Source: Botryllus schlosseri (Eukaryota). From it: a stretch of DNA of 64,000 nucleotides. The DNA is taken from NCBI GenBank assembly GCA_051294905.1, contig CM119371.1, positions 3,660,001 through 3,724,000 on the forward strand, read 5' to 3'. Of this stretch, positions 1 through 14,664 are shown in pieces (within the stretch, counting starts at the first letter, position 1; the number at the start of each line of letters is the position of its first letter). The notes beneath the pieces were generated by a model that worked only from the letters and a program-made list of their open reading frames with translations, ran no database searches and was not told the origin of the DNA. Both the position numbers and the translations under genes were made by a program.

Positions 1-902
1 TTTCTGGCCGCATTTTCAAATACCAGTATCAATAGACGAAATCCCAATAGCGATTTGCTGTACTATTCTTTGAAATAACAATAAAATGTCGGTCTTGGCC
101 GTCTGAGTCTCAAGTCATGCGCAATGAGACGAGTCATTTCAGTACTTTGAGAAGATGACCTGAGTCAAGTCGAGTCAACAGAAAAACCTGACTCGAGTCT
201 TACAACCCTGCTTCATGCAATGAGCATTTAATTTGAAGATAAGTAGTAATTAAATAACTGGTTGGTGGTACAAAATCGTAATACCGCTTTCAAAAGTACC
301 TTCATGATAAACGTTATTGAAACCCGAAGAACTTTTCGCGTGCCTGTTAAAGAGCTACCGGCACCATAAAGGAAGCAAAACAGAGTTGAATTCAAAACCA
401 GATGGAGAATTATGAAGCATTAATGTCGAATTTAGAAATAACATCAATGGAGCCAGAACACAGCAACAATGCAGTGCATAACAACGGTTGCGTAAAACAG
501 TATGAAAGCGTGACACAATTCTTTAATTATTTATTATAGTGGTGCCCAACGTAAATACTATTTTATTAAAATCCGAATTTTTCGATAGCAATAACTCCGC
601 TTCCACTTGTTTGAATCGAACCAAATTTGATGAACATCGTTTCTATACATAACCTAACACTTTCATGGGGTGAACAGAAAAATTTCAAATTTTTTCTATT
701 TATTTTTATATAATAAATAGAAACTTTCTTTTCCTGTAGCAATGCGGCTACTGGTTGGAATTGAACCAAATTTGGTGTGTAGGCTTGAATTAGGTAACCT
801 AACAATTTTATCAAGCAGCAAGAACGATTTGAGAAAAAAAAGTCATTTTTTAAGAGCCCTAATGTCCATGTCAGAGAAACGTTTTAGGGTAGGCCTACTC
901 AC

Positions 903-1048
903 ATGTCTCGCAGCGTTCTCTACATAATTGTCAATTGCGATACAAACTGTTCGCTTGTATTGGTTAAGCCATCCAACTTCGAATTGTAAAATGTTGGGAG
1001 TCTTGATATCAAATTTCTGAAAGGTGCACTTTGAGAAGATTTCGTAAT
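903..1048 (-). other. Candidate internal exon of an unidentified gene
   Basis: Pyrimidine-rich acceptor (tttttttgtataatttgacag), gtgagt donor, and an open frame YEIFSKCTFQKFDIKTPNILQFEVGWLNQYKRTVCIAIDNYVENAARH. Confidence 0.35.
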
Positions 1049-2197
1049 CTGTCAAATTATACAAAAAAATTTAGCAAATTCTTTGACATATTTCATCCAT
1101 TCGGGACTCGATCAACGTAAAAGAATTAGTAATTATTTTATACAATATATTGTATTTGTAGTTGAAGTATAGTAATAATTCTTATGGTTACCGCACTTGT
1201 AACGATTCACGGCCATAACTGGAATAATTAGAATGGTGTAACTTTCAAATTGTCATGCATTTTGCAACAACATTGTTCTCAATTTTCAAGGTGCTGATCA
1301 TTGGAGGAAGAATCACCCTTAAGCCATGAATTCACTATCCGTAAACGCGGCCGACTGTTTCTCTCCACAAGAGGAAGGAAGAGAAAAAGGGAGCAGAAAT
1401 AGCAAGAGTGTGACAAGTCGCGTCCATTCGCTTTAATGCCTATTTCCATCCGCGAAGCGCGAAGTAGTAGGTGGGAAAACTTATGGGCGTTTGGTTAGCG
1501 CTTTATAAGGTTGACTCCAGCGCTGTATTTGCTGAATGTTGCGATGAAATAGGGGTGGTGTCATTTGGTATCAATATTGACTATTAAAAGACCATTTGTT
1601 AGTGGTCATGGATTTGTTCGGCCAGTATGCAGTAATTTCTGATGGTCACTTCCCGGGCTTCTGTTCTCTAACCCCTCATGATTGTTATTCTGCTTCTAGT
1701 AAGACTGTCGATTCTAATGTTTTATCGTACCATTTGTCGGAGGTTTCGCTCGCTTTTTTACAACGTTTTGCTCTCTGCTAAGTCAATTACTGGCTGAGTA
1801 TCACTACAGCCTAAGAAACTGCACTAATTCTCATTTTAATGTCTTGCTGGTTATCTTGCTGTCAATTCTAATAATTTGTTAATGTCTATACCAGTGCCGC
1901 CACTCAAATGTTTTGTTCTCTGTACACAATATTGTCAGGTCTTCAGCTTTCCAGGCAGAGTATCATTCCACTTTCTAGACTTGAGTATATATCTCTCCAA
2001 CTAGCTGCCAAATAACTGATTCATTTGGATTGTTGAATTGATCATTTTTGACAGAATGTGAAGAAATTTTAGTCAAGAATTCTTTTTGTGTTAGTGGCTG
2101 TTGATCAGCCGCAGCCGTGATCAGGTTATCCCCAGTGGTAGAAAACAGGTTATTATATCAGGATATTCTTTTAATGTAGGATCTACATTCTACTCAC

Positions 2198-2295
2198 CAT
2201 GTTTAAAGGCTGTAGCTTCTGCATAATATTTACATTATTGAAGGACATGGAAAAGACATTGAATTGAGTCGACACAAAATCCCCCTTTCTACGAC
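2198..2295 (-). pseudogene. Exon-like remnant, possibly a degenerate RRM segment
   Basis: Bounded by cag| and |gtgagt. The open frame GRRKGDFVSTQFN..KLQPLNM is loosely like RBM28 RRM2 (GKMRGFGFVQF..KALKGMNM). The similarity is weak. Confidence 0.3.
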
Positions 2296-2559
2296 CTGCC
2301 GAGATCTAATATCTACTATATCAGGCTCGGCTTTCTACATCTTTGGTCTGTACTGTGTTTACTGGGTATACATGATAGAATATCAAGGAAAAGTATCATC
2401 TAACGTATAATGAATGTTATTTCTTTCTCGGAGGCAAGTCATTATCAAAACATAGTGATCAAAATTATCGCAGAGCAATACCGGTTTTGCGTAAATTCCG
2501 AACAAAATCCAGAGTGTAAGAGTCTTTAGTGCATCGGAATAGTGTAGTCTTCTATCTAC

Positions 2560-3772
2560 TTTACAAAATTTATACGATTTTTTCTTGCTGCGTTCCAGGA
2601 TAAAATGTAATTTTTCGCGCTTTTTGTTTATTTTTAATAAAATTAGTATCCATTATACAAAAACGCCGTGTAAAGGTAAAGTACGAATACAAGTACACGT
2701 TGAGATTTCAAAGTAAGTAAGTGGTTATGTTCGTAGACTAACCCCACTTCTACGCAACGATTTTTCAGTAAGTAGTTATGTTTCTAGGCTACTTTTATTC
2801 GGGAAATCTCGGTGTAATTCGATCTGCGTGCATTATCCATTTATGCTCCAATGCGTTTTGCGGCTTTAGTATAGGTATTGGATCTAATATATTCTATAAA
2901 ACATGTATATTTCGATATACAAGAGCATATTGTTATTTCATGTGGTTAACCGTTGATATAGATGCGATGCGATCGACGCGGGTATACTCTGAAACCGGTT
3001 GTCCGTTTATATGAGAAAAGATGCTGTGAAGGACTCTAAAAAAAGCGGCAGTTGAGCAAGACGTAGTTTGCTTACTGCAGTAATTCATTTCACTTGCAGA
3101 ACTTCTATGGCCAAGCTCCACGTGTGTGTTTCAGAGTAGTTCCAAATGAATGAATTTCATTTTCACGTGCTTGAATTCGTTTTACCATACTGTAAAATAC
3201 TTTTACATGCCCAAGTTGGGGATTCTCGTTACATTGTCTTCTTGTGTGTTGGTGATTAAATACATTGCGACGCTGTCACTTGGCTCTTAATTGGGTTGTT
3301 TCATCTGAAAGAACTAATTTTGTCTGTTATAATACTTTATTAGACTTGTATGGCGAGGCGTCTGGTATCGAGAAGTGAGATCGTAAGCAATCATTGAGTC
3401 AGTCGTGATGTCTGGTTGGGAGTGTCGGCCTCTTATATCCAGCAAGTGTAATGTGCCATATTAGGCCGTAAGTACCGTAGGCCCCGCGTGAAGTGTACAA
3501 ATTTCGATGTTGCGCAAATACCACAAACTTTGCTTGCTTTCAGAGCCGGTAACTAAATGCAAGACAGACTTTACGCAAAATTTGCTATTCTGAAAATTTT
3601 GTCAAGGTAATGGTTTGAAAACTTATACTTGAGCACTACGAAATGTACAAGTACTTTATCTTTACACGGCTTTTTTGTAAAATGAATACTAATTTTATTG
3701 AAAATATAAAAAAGAGCGAAAAATTACATTTTATCCCGGAGCGCAACAAGAAAAATCGTATGAATTTGTAAA
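2560..3772. mobile_element. Non-autonomous DNA element with ~140-bp TIRs
   Basis: 2560-2700 is the imperfect reverse complement of 3640-3772. Candidate 4-bp TSD ctac. No transposase ORF inside. Confidence 0.8.
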
Positions 3773-5654
3773 CTACTTATTCATGACATAATAATAATTT
3801 CGCGTATGCTATGCATACAAATGAGGAAAGTTACATCAACGCGTGTTAACTATCGAGTTATCGAATGATTTTTTCCTTACATCAAAACAACTAAAATGTG
3901 TAACTACATTAAAAAACGTATCTAAATGAGCTCCAGGGCATTGTGATTATGCAGCATACCAAATTTCATCACACATTGCATGATGGAACAACTTTAAAAC
4001 TAACGCAGTTCTATAGCAACTTTTCCCTAAATCTGTCACTTTTTACGTGGAGGGAGTACATAGCGAAGTACTTGTACATTTTGGAGCACTCAAATATAGG
4101 TTTGGCCTGCTTGCGCTATACTTAATGAATCATTCCTGTGTCATAAATACTTGAGTTGTTGGTGCGTGTAGACAAAAACCTACTTGAGAACATAAATTTA
4201 AAATGGAAAATGCGTGAGCTGGACTAACTTTTTACGTAGTTCGAAATCGCTACTTCTATACATTAATTCAAAGTATTTGTCAGTCATCGCAGCACCGCTC
4301 ATATTGCGCACCATCTATTTATTTCACGGATAACAAATTACTCCTGCTTTTATCAGAGGATACTTTCTTAGGGTTTGCCTACTAACAGTACTTAGTTTAG
4401 ATTAATGAAAAATATAAAGATTGAAAATAGATCACTGGATTATAGTTTACAGAAAACTCCACAATTCTATGTGACGTCCTTCCATGCCAACAACCTACGA
4501 ACTATTCGCCACCTCATAAACACTTGAGTAGGCCTCCATTTGATGCGTGTGGGGAAAACCTAGCTAAATTTTCATATGCATTTAGTTTCCAGCTCTGAAA
4601 GCAAGCTTGGTCTATGATCAATAGCAACTTTTGCGTAAACTCCGTTCTATTTCACTTCATACCTACACAATGTAGATAGTCTATTCAAATAATTCGATGT
4701 ATAATTGAACTTTCCTCTGCATGATCATTAGGGCTTCTATTTTTTGTTGCAGGTCAACTTTGTTGTAGCCGAAAGCGGTAGTATCTAGCAACAAGGTTTA
4801 AATGACTCGCCTCCGGCGTTTATTGACCGTATTCTCGTCATGCAAAAATGATGCATGTATTAGTATGAAGCTCAGATGCAGCAAAGTGTCTGAGACTGCC
4901 TGTAAAAATGATGCGAAGCAGCGACTCTAATTTCCCGGCTAGAGTGGCCCTTGCTTCAGAGTGGCTCAAGATTTACGTACTCATGCTTGATTTGTTTCCA
5001 TAGCCCCGGCCTTGGGAATCGCTTGTATGCGTCCAAAGAAAATAAGTCGTGAAATGTGGAAACTGTAGAAACCATTAGGAATCGCGTACCTGCCGCGAAA
5101 AGTTTGTTTAATTGTAACGCCGAGAATTGTGCGCCTACGGCTAGTCCGTTGGCGTTTTAGCGCTGATTAAATTATCCTTATACTCGACATGCAAAGTAAA
5201 TTTGCAGGTATTGGAATGAATTCAGTTGTAGTGTGCGTTCATATTAGGTCATGAAATGCGGAGACCTCGGCAATCGAAACCACGATCTGTCTGCGCTCAA
5301 AATCGCATTTTATATGAATTAATTAATTAGTGATGATGTGTAGAATTTTAATACATCATCATAGAACCCCACGCCTAGTTCAACGTTGATGAGTGTTATC
5401 TTTGAATATCTGGCAAATATAGTATTCTATTAACATCATAGCTTTCGAAATTTATGTGTAATCTGAATGTTATTTATATCCAAAAAAGTAAGTTATTATA
5501 TTAATATTTTCAAGTCGCAGCGCTTAAAATCACATTTTATATTAATTAATTAGTGATGATACATTTCAAGTTATTCAATACATATTGTTAAATATACATG
5601 GAAAACCGGTATTGAAATTCACAAAACAATGAAATTTGCTCATAAATACACACG

Positions 5655-5885
5655 ATGTGGCAGTGGCAGGTGACGTGGCAATGGGTATCCTGTAGGCGTG
5701 ACAATGGGCGTCATATAGGCGTGGCAATTAGGATGACGTGGCGTTCTCTGATTGGCGGGCTATGTGGCAATGGATGCTGATGATGTGGCAATGGGTGTGC
5801 TATAGGTGCGGCAATGGGCGCATGATGTGGCAATGTAGGCGTGGCAATTAAGGAGACGTGGCCTTCTGGGATTGGCGGGTCTATA
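5655..5885. repeat. Degenerate GTGGCAATG minisatellite
   Basis: About ten gtggcaat(g) motifs. A ~48-bp unit taggcgtggcaatta..gacgtggc.ttct..gattggcggg occurs twice (~5716 and ~5836). Confidence 0.8.
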
Positions 5886-6054
5886 ACCCAGATACCCTCA
5901 CTACTAATATCCTACACTATTTGAGAAATTTAATTTGGGTACCGCGCTAAGACTAAAGGATTCGATTCGAGTCCATTCATTCCGAAGCTGTGAAAAAAAT
6001 CCCCAACTTTGGAACTTTAGAACTTTGGAACTTTAGTTCAAATTTAGCTCAATT

Positions 6055-6410
6055 ATCGTGCAATCGTCATCTGTCTCGTGCAATCTCAAATTCCGACGAA
6101 TAGTTTACTGCAGTTACTACTAAATAAATACAGTCCACCCTCGAGATTACCGGACCACGACTGGCCTATCGAATCGATCTCGCTTTCCATGAATTGCCGC
6201 CCTATTTATTGTCGCTTTATTTCCTATACTATCTTCTTTACTTTTATTCAGTGTGCATGTCTCCTCTTTACATCGCCTAGCTAGGCCAAGGTGGGTGTCC
6301 GTTTCCATAGACTACTCCAAGTCGCTTCGACATCTTCCTGTCTTTTCATTGTATCGAATTTTTGTGATCTATTGAACTGATAAAATTGCTAATAAACCAA
6401 TGATGATGCC
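6055..6410 (+). mobile_element. 3' end of the same LINE family
   Basis: Shares gattaccggaccacgac, the 3' UTR and the aataaacc..(tga)n tail with 57520-58115. Confidence 0.68.
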
Positions 6411-7225
6411 TACTCCTTTAAAATACAGAACAGTATGGCAATAACGCACTCGTTCAACAAGGTGATGCCTGGCGTAGGCCTACTCAAGTACGAGCGTACA
6501 TGCTACATAGCAGGGAAGTCGCCCAATTCTGACTATTCGATCGCTTACATCCCGGTCTACTCGATTATGCAGACATGTTATCTCAAAATCAATAACTGCT
6601 TTTTGTTGTATAAGTAGTATTCTCCAGTGGATGCATACCATACATTTTGTATACATCATTTGTTATTAGGGATCTATTTTAGCCACCTGCTTCCAAGCAA
6701 AATGGAATTGGTAAAATTGCATTCATCAGCCGATTAAATATAGTAATGATCAATCCTATATCTCAATGCTTTATCTGTGCCATTAGTAATGCTGTGTTAG
6801 CCCGCACTTGTGCCCTAGCTCAATACAGAAACCTTGAATTGTTGCAATATCACCCAGCAGGATTAGATTATATATAGTTCACATTTGAAATATTGTGCTT
6901 TCTTATAGCTTGATCAGACAATAAGGATGTATGTGTAACCCTGATACACATGTGCCACTGCATTATGTTTACGTCGGACAGCAGACATTCAAAACAATAA
7001 AATATTTTAACAATTTCCCTGAAAACCTTGACATAGTCAGAGATGGGCAAAGAGAAAATGCCACCCAGAATCTGACGATGATGCGGGTAAGAGACTAGAG
7101 TATAGATTGGAGCTTTCGTATGTTGGCTGACTATTGCTCAAGTATCAAACTAGACAACCTACAGAAATATGGGTTATTAGCGTCAATTTGAACCTTGAAA
7201 CTCGCAATTTAATTTTCTTGTAGAC

Positions 7226-8200
7226 CAGTGGTTCTCAACCTTTTCCACCTCGCGGTTCGGTGAAATTTAAAAAAAAAATGTCTGGCGGACCGGTGAACTT
7301 CCAGAATTGAAATGAAGCCAACAAGAAAAGCATGCAACCGTTTTTTGAAATTATATGGTGCTAGAGAGTAACATTTAGAACGTTTTGATTGTAATTAATT
7401 ATCTTCATGATGCCATCCATGTGATTTTATGGTAGTTGGTCTGCTGAGTCGATGTAAAATTTCCTTGTCCAGATGAACGTGCTACCGTCAAGAGTAGTTT
7501 GCAGTCTTTCGCGCCGAAGGCTGTGGTTTTACCCGACCACGCCAACTCGAATTATATTCTTCTCTTTGAGAATATCGAGACAAGATGCGTTTCGGAGTCG
7601 AGCTAAGCACCTTGTCGTGCTACCTTGCTCCTTGCCCACTGCCACCAGGCGCATATGCTACTCTGGCAACTACGAATACAATGCGTGGCGCAAGAAAACA
7701 CCTTACAGCAACTATACCGGCCATATCTGCCGAAAAAGCACTTCGTCAGCCCAGCCCCAAAAGCGCTGGTCTCGGGTTACACATGGCAATAAGCAAAACT
7801 TCTGGGGGATTCGCCCCCAGACCGTACAGCTGGGGGGATTTTTCACCTGTACTTGTGAGCAAATTCATTGTACTCAGTGTATGCAAGGAGTTTGAGTAGC
7901 TTAATCGCGCCAATAGCGAAAATTTTCCATAATTCATGACTCAATCGGTTTCTTCGCTGCCGGATTTTTTGCACGCCTTTTGTAGTCCCATTTTAGCCTA
8001 TAATGTTCATTATTATGTGTTGGTACGTCATTGCGCGGTAATGGCTGACGCCCTAATGCCTATTTCTATAAATCATGCGTATTTCTTCGGGAATGGCACC
8101 TAATAAGAAATTCATTTAATGACACTAAATCGCGCAAAGCACGAAAATAAATGTAAAATGTTTGAAAAAGTTTCAGAAAATTACGCTATGATTTATGTTC
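7226..8200. mobile_element. Truncated inverted copy of the 29038-31278 hAT element
   Basis: Begins cagtggttctcaaccttttccacctcgcgg. It is the reverse complement of 31278 back to ~29600, without the nested insert. The ORFs at 7473-7937 are its GC-rich interior. Confidence 0.88.
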
Positions 8201-11200
8201 ATCACGGTTGTAATGACTCGAGTCATTTAGAAAAAAATGAAAAATGACTCGACTCGACACATGCGGTCCGCGGGACGCGTGTTTGAGACCGACGGCTTCG
8301 GGGCTCGGCCCCTGAAAAGTGACACATATACCCCATCATATTGCGGCAACAACCCCGGTTTAAAATCAATAATCTCGAATCTGTAAAATCTATGAACTAA
8401 GAGATGATTTCGATAACGTCCGACCTCTAGAAATATCTTCAAAGCATTAGCGTAGAACGCACTTCGTTAATAACTTTGCCTTTAATTCAGCCTGATGACA
8501 TATAACACTCACTCTACTTTGAGAAATATGTCTTTCTTACGATAGATGTGCATTGTCTTGTTTTAGTATTCTATGTCTTCGCCTAAATAAAGATATTCAT
8601 TACGCGTTTACGGTTGTAATTTGGAACTATGGCGCTGTTGCTGTGAATGATGTAATTCCAATTTGTCATCACTCATTGGTTTCTCGCTGAATTGTAATCG
8701 GTAATTATCACTCAGTATACTTTCTGCTGACGAAATGAGTACATTTTATACAATGGATCGCTTGAGAAATTGAATACACTAGAATGGCGATCACATTGTA
8801 TGACTGTTATAGGCGATGCAGTAGGATTTATTGCGGCAATTTATCCGCAACTTTATAGAACTTGCGCCATACACAAAAACGATTCTGGCTTTGACTTTGA
8901 CTAGTTACAGATATACGATACAATCTATATTGGCCACATATAATAGTCCTAATAATACTCTTAAGTCAAATTCACGGTGACGGAGTCAACTACAATACGC
9001 CGCACCCGCATACAGTAGCCCCTATAGTTAAAACTCTTGAGCCGGCCCGTGAACGTATTTTCTGCTTCTAATCTTGCCCGTGGGGAAAATCATTGCCCAC
9101 CCCCGCAGAAGCATGCTCCGCACTAGTGACTTTGTTGTGATACGTGATCAGGAGAGCGTACGAGGCATATTTCCAATGACGTGATTCCACATTATGGTGA
9201 ATTAAATTCCTCTGCGCGTTGCTGCGCATCGCATTTTCTCTACTGTCTACCAGATTGCAAGAACAGGACTATTATGTGCCGATGATTTTGACAACTGAGT
9301 ATAGATTTATATCGAAAGTTTCGGCCATCCAGCAACGGCAATTTTGGGCCAGGGTTTTGCGGCCGCTGATGCTTTTACATCGCCTTTTATCCGCGGTATG
9401 TTGGCCAAAACTTTACGTCTTCCTGTGCCCGGGCGCAGAAGGGGTTGGCTCGAAATGAAAGAGTGTCATAGGCCCGAATCTGCTTGCTCTACACCCTACA
9501 CTAGATCAACCCATAGTTCATAGACTATGTTTTTCAGAAAAAAAAACACTCGGACAAATGTTACCATAAATTCAAGCCAAAGGTCGGCACACTCTCATGA
9601 TCAAGCCATATTTACTAATCCATAGTACTCAACACAGTGACCTTGGATATATAAACTTATCGCAGGATTTTTTGCAATAAATTCAACAAATATTACCTGC
9701 ATATTACCAGATCGTTTTGACACCGTGTCGACCCAAAAATATACCCTTTGCGATTGCGACCCATACTTTAATAATCCTTGAAGAAGTGAAACTTTTCGTT
9801 AGAGTAACTTGCGAATGTGATTTTGTAATGATGGTATTTACTATTATCCCCGTGCCCCGCGCTCGAACTGTTAATTACGAAAATGTGATAATTGATCGGC
9901 GAAAGAAATCAGAAAGTTAATTTGACGTCATTGTCCAGCCTGTCGCCGGCTCAGACGGGCTGATACACTATATTTCTGCCACTGTACCAGCTTTCGAACC
10001 AGACATTTTGTTACATAATACTTATAGTTCACAAATAATAATTCATTACGTTTGTGAGCGACAAATTTTTTGTCGAAGCCACTATTAGTGGTGCGGCGTA
10101 AGTTTCTACAATTGCGTCACAACTGCAAAATTTAGTGAGACACTGCATTTGAATTTCCTATTAGATTCATTAGAATTATTCAACGTGAGTAAAATTACCA
10201 ATTATTTACGATTTTAATTGGCACTGCAAATGTTTGTCTTTCACAAATGGCTGATTAATTTTGCGTATGGTGCGTCAGCTTTATACAACCACTGGCAGCT
10301 TCAAAAACATTATATTACGACACATTACGCCAATAACGCTGGGCTCATAAATAGGCTACCTTACCTCAAAACTACCGCAAATTGATGATGCATCAAAAAT
10401 TCGAATTTCATATAATCGGAATATATGTGATAAATGGCTATCTCTCCTTATATTCTCCACTACTCGTCACAGCGCCCGAAAATAAATATCGCAAATTATC
10501 ACAAATTTCTGAATAATTGCGAAATAAGTCATTCGTGACATTTATTATGTTCCCATTCGGGCTGACATTTAATTGCCGCGAATTGCGAAGTCCGTAAATT
10601 CAACCTAACTACAAGCAACCTGCTTCAACGGCGTCTTCACCACTGTATTGATCGTATTTACATTGCACCGACCAAGTAATAGCGTTCTTGGACAATAATT
10701 TTACGCCTCATGCGTTTGAATAAATATCGGTTACGTTGCTACGATCTCTGTAAAATATTGGAACGCGGTAGCTGTCACAATCCAGAAAAGTAGTCTAGCG
10801 TGCAAACCATTCGCTTATATTGAGAATAACCACCGTTATATTTACTTGGTATATCCCTGTAAGATATATTGCACGGGTTCTTCGAGAATCAAGCCGCTGG
10901 TAACTGGTAAGTCGTTACACCCATTGGTATTAGCGTGTCGCCAAACTAGTTAAATTATAACCCGACGCGAAATTTTAGTCACACTGTTAAAATTTTCTAT
11001 CTCTCTGAATTTATGAGAGCCATAGTATAACGCAATCTTGATCACGTCTCAATCTGAATTGAGCGTGCGCTATAGTATACTATGAAATGGACAAGAATTA
11101 GAAGTTGTTGATCCATTTACATCTTATTTCCCACTCACTACATAAGGAATTCGTGAATTCCTATCATTTTCAGCTATTCTGTCAAAGCCAGGGGTTCGTA

Positions 11201-12257
11201 GTCATGATGCGGGCTCTGCCGTGCATTCGCGTTGTTTCGTCGTTGCTTAGCAACGTAAGAAGGCAATGAACGAGTGTCAAGAAATAATAGTCTAGTAATA
11301 GTCTAATAGGTTACTGTTTATAAGGCATTTCAAAAATACTTTTTTCAAATGCCACTATAATAGATTGCCTGAACAACGCAGCACACCATATGCGGTTTAA
11401 TATCAATTCGAGCGAAATCGAAGTCGTTTTGAAAAAAAGAGGTAGGCTATTTGGATTGGCAATTACTTTACTTTTTAGGATTACGGAGTAGACTGTAGCA
11501 TATATATATAGTGTTATTGTTTCTGCGCAATTTCGATCTTGTTTACGATGTTCCATTCTCCGAATGATTATCAGATGACGTTAGCCAAGATCTGCTATAA
11601 GTTCACAGGCGTTGTGGAGGTGAGTCACTGTGAACGATTGATTTCCGTCCTCGCGCCCTTAATCCCCAGTTTACACATGATCATTCATCCTACCTTATAC
11701 AAACACTCTCGATTTTTCGAAATATGTAGGCCTATCACGGTAACTGAATATACTTTGAAAATTTGCAGCCATCCGTAGTGTCATAAGCATTTTTTTTTAT
11801 TTTAATAATGGTTGTATGGTCACTGTCCAATGTCCATAGATGTTGCTGAAGAAGCAAATTTTTCAGGATTTTTTCTGCCTCCTCGACTAGAATCATTCTG
11901 CTCAGCCGTCCAACTACGCCTTGACTGTTCACCCGGAGCAGCGATATTCTATTGTGAAATATTTCCAGTAGTCGGGGAGTTAGTTTATTCACTATACTTG
12001 CGATTCCAATTAGTACCAAACTAGCACAACACATTTGTGTCCACAAAGGCATACAACACCATGCGTAATGCGTATCCATGTGCATTCCTTTCTCTGCCCA
12101 CTTTTCTTGTTTTGAAAGAGGTTATCTACCGAGGCTACTTTGATATCGATTGAAGCTGTTCTACTGTCAGTTACCTTTCCTACAACACACTAAAATACAT
12201 CGGTAAACTGCAAACTGTGTTTATTCAAACATATGGAGACAGGAGGCTGTGTAGCTA

Positions 12258-13814
12258 TAGGGTTGCCATCGACATGAACCTAAAAATAAGGACAGTCGAC
12301 AAATTAGATGGCATGAAAAAGCGTTTGTATACATAATTTGTATTCATACGAGCCGGTGCATATCACATTCCATACTTTTGGCCAGAAATAATCCACTTCA
12401 GCAACTCCTTGTCATTAGAAAGTGCTTCATGATTCTCACTACAGCGCAGGTCTAGGTTTACATTTACTTAGGCCGAAACAGAACATCGTAACCCCCCCCC
12501 CAAAAAAAAAACCGTCGCTTATACTCTTGGTCCTGGCCGAAAAAAGTTATTTGCGATGTTGGAATCGGGAAATAATGCTTTGAGCAATTGCGAGGTGCAA
12601 TCGTAGGCGAGTAATGGTTGCTGGGAATGCTGGTGTCTGACAGTATGGAATGGTGGTTCTCAACCTGGGGGCGCGCCCCCCTGAGGGCGTGAAAGCTTCT
12701 GAAGGGGGAGCTAAGAAGCGGTCAACAGAAAAAAATCACGGTCTGCTCGATTTACCTACAATTCACGCATGTTTCTCTATATAATATTGACCTATTTTCA
12801 CATTTTTTAATTCTCTCATAAACAGTCATAACCTTACATGCCATCAAACAATCTGTTGGGGTTGCTATCGTCCCGATTGGATTTTGTGATATGACGATAA
12901 GGGGGCGATAATTTTTTCACTATCAAAAAGGGGGCCTGTCTGAAAAAAGGTTGTGAACCACTGCTCTACAGCACCTGCCTTATAGTCTGTGGTCGTTCGT
13001 GCTGATCGACTTGTGGAAAAATTATTCATTGACTGGCTCAAATTAATCATTAAGACACACTATTTGTGTTATGAATGTGAGTTGAAATAGCGGTCTTTCC
13101 TATGGTCTCCGGGTTAATGTCACAATTGCAGATATTGCAATGAGCGAAACACTCACCCTTCAAGCTTCGTTAGATACCTTTGAATTATTTCTCATAATCG
13201 TCACGAAAAACTTTTTTACGCCTGCTCATTAACTAATCATATTTAGCCTTATTAGTGGCTAAAACTATATGCGCAAGTGCAACATATAATTTAGATAAAT
13301 CTATCAATGTTTTATATAGCTTTACTACTGTCCAACCAATGTGTCGACTGCACAGCATGCGCCTTTTTTCACTACGCAATAAAAGCGGCCTTCTTCACAG
13401 CTTGAGCTTATTCTGCTGTAGACCGAACAGCAGAAACCTGGTAGCCTGCTGATGTTTACTGCTAAAATGTCGTCCACTGCGGTAGCTGGGTACAGACGAA
13501 ACTGCTATACCACCACTCACTGCCCCAGCTATCTCACCACCAAGAAGTGAAATCTTGTGGTGTGTAAGTCACAAAAGTTCCTATCATTTATGATGTCGTA
13601 AAATCTCAACGCAAAAGCATAATTTTATAATTTTATGCAACCCAGATACCAGAGGAAAACCATCGTAGTTCTGTAGTGGTTGAAAATAAGACAAAATAAG
13701 GAAGCAGGTCGAAAATAAGGACATTTCTTAGAAATAAAGACAGTTGAGTTTTCTAAGACGTGGCCCTTCAAAATAAGGAGAAATCTTAGAAATAAGGACG
13801 GTATGGCAACCCTG
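12258..13814. mobile_element. hAT-like non-autonomous element containing a nested MITE at 12651-12963
   Basis: TIRs tagggttgccat ... atggcaaccctg, with aaataaggac repeats near both ends and no clean TSD. The inner element (gtggttctcaacct ... aggttgtgaaccactg) is related to 40667-41560. Confidence 0.75.
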
Positions 13815-14394
13815 TAATATAACACAACTTAACTAGATATAGATCCAAATCTTGTGACAGCACAACCAGTTTGATATGAAACCAAATGTGATTAGCCAGA
13901 TACGACAGCGTGGTAATGAAACGATTCGAGTCAAGATTTTTAGTGACTAGACTTGACTAATGTCATATTCTAAAATACCGGTATGCAAAATTACTAAAGT
14001 CGATATGAGACCATTTGTGTATTGACCTTGATCAGAATTGAGCTCGAAAATGAACAGGTAACACAATGACTTGGACTCAGACCCGAGTCTCAACACTGTG
14101 ACTATAGACCGAAACATTTGAACCCTGACTATGTCTCGAACTTGAGTCGGTGCTGAATTGAAAATGTCTAAACTTGACCAGAGTCAAAATCTAATGAAGT
14201 AGAGTTGACTTATGACTCGGTACCTTGTGACGTGGTTTTAGAAGCCTAGGATATGGTCATCTTTTAGCTTGAGACTCGAGTGACAAAATTATTAAATAGG
14301 CCTCTAACAAAAACTACCGCCTCGCTGATTTCGAAAATTAAAATTATAATTTGGTCTGGGCACTGCAATTCCCTCAAAATAACCCTAACATTTG

Positions 14395-14664
14395 GTGGCG
14401 AGATAGCGCAGTGGTATAATCCGCGGCTGCAAAACCAATGGGTTGTGGGTTCGAGTCCGACTTCAGAATTCCCATACCTAGGTGTTGGAGGTTGATCTAG
14501 ACTCCTCCTCGCCACCTCATTCGCGTAAGCGGTGTCTTACAAAATGCCTAGAAGTGGGCCGTGGTATAAGTCGGCAGTTACCGAATAAAAATAAAGAATA
14601 TCGGTCTGATGTAAATGACCATAGTATTCGACAAACACCATGAACACAACAATACAAACAAACA
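14395..14664 (+). mobile_element. tRNA-derived SINE family 1 (Cys-like head, (CAAA)n tail)
   Basis: A box TAGCGCAGTGG, anticodon-like loop CTGCAAA, B box GGTTCGAGTCC, and a caaa-repeat tail. TSD aaccctaacatttg/aaccccaacatttg. A second, 5'-truncated copy lies at 28670-28875. Confidence 0.85.

Noticed and set aside
14394..14470. tRNA-Cys(GCA) gene
   Set aside because: The acceptor stem does not pair. The sequence runs into a repeated body and a (CAAA)n tail and is flanked by a TSD, so it is a SINE head.
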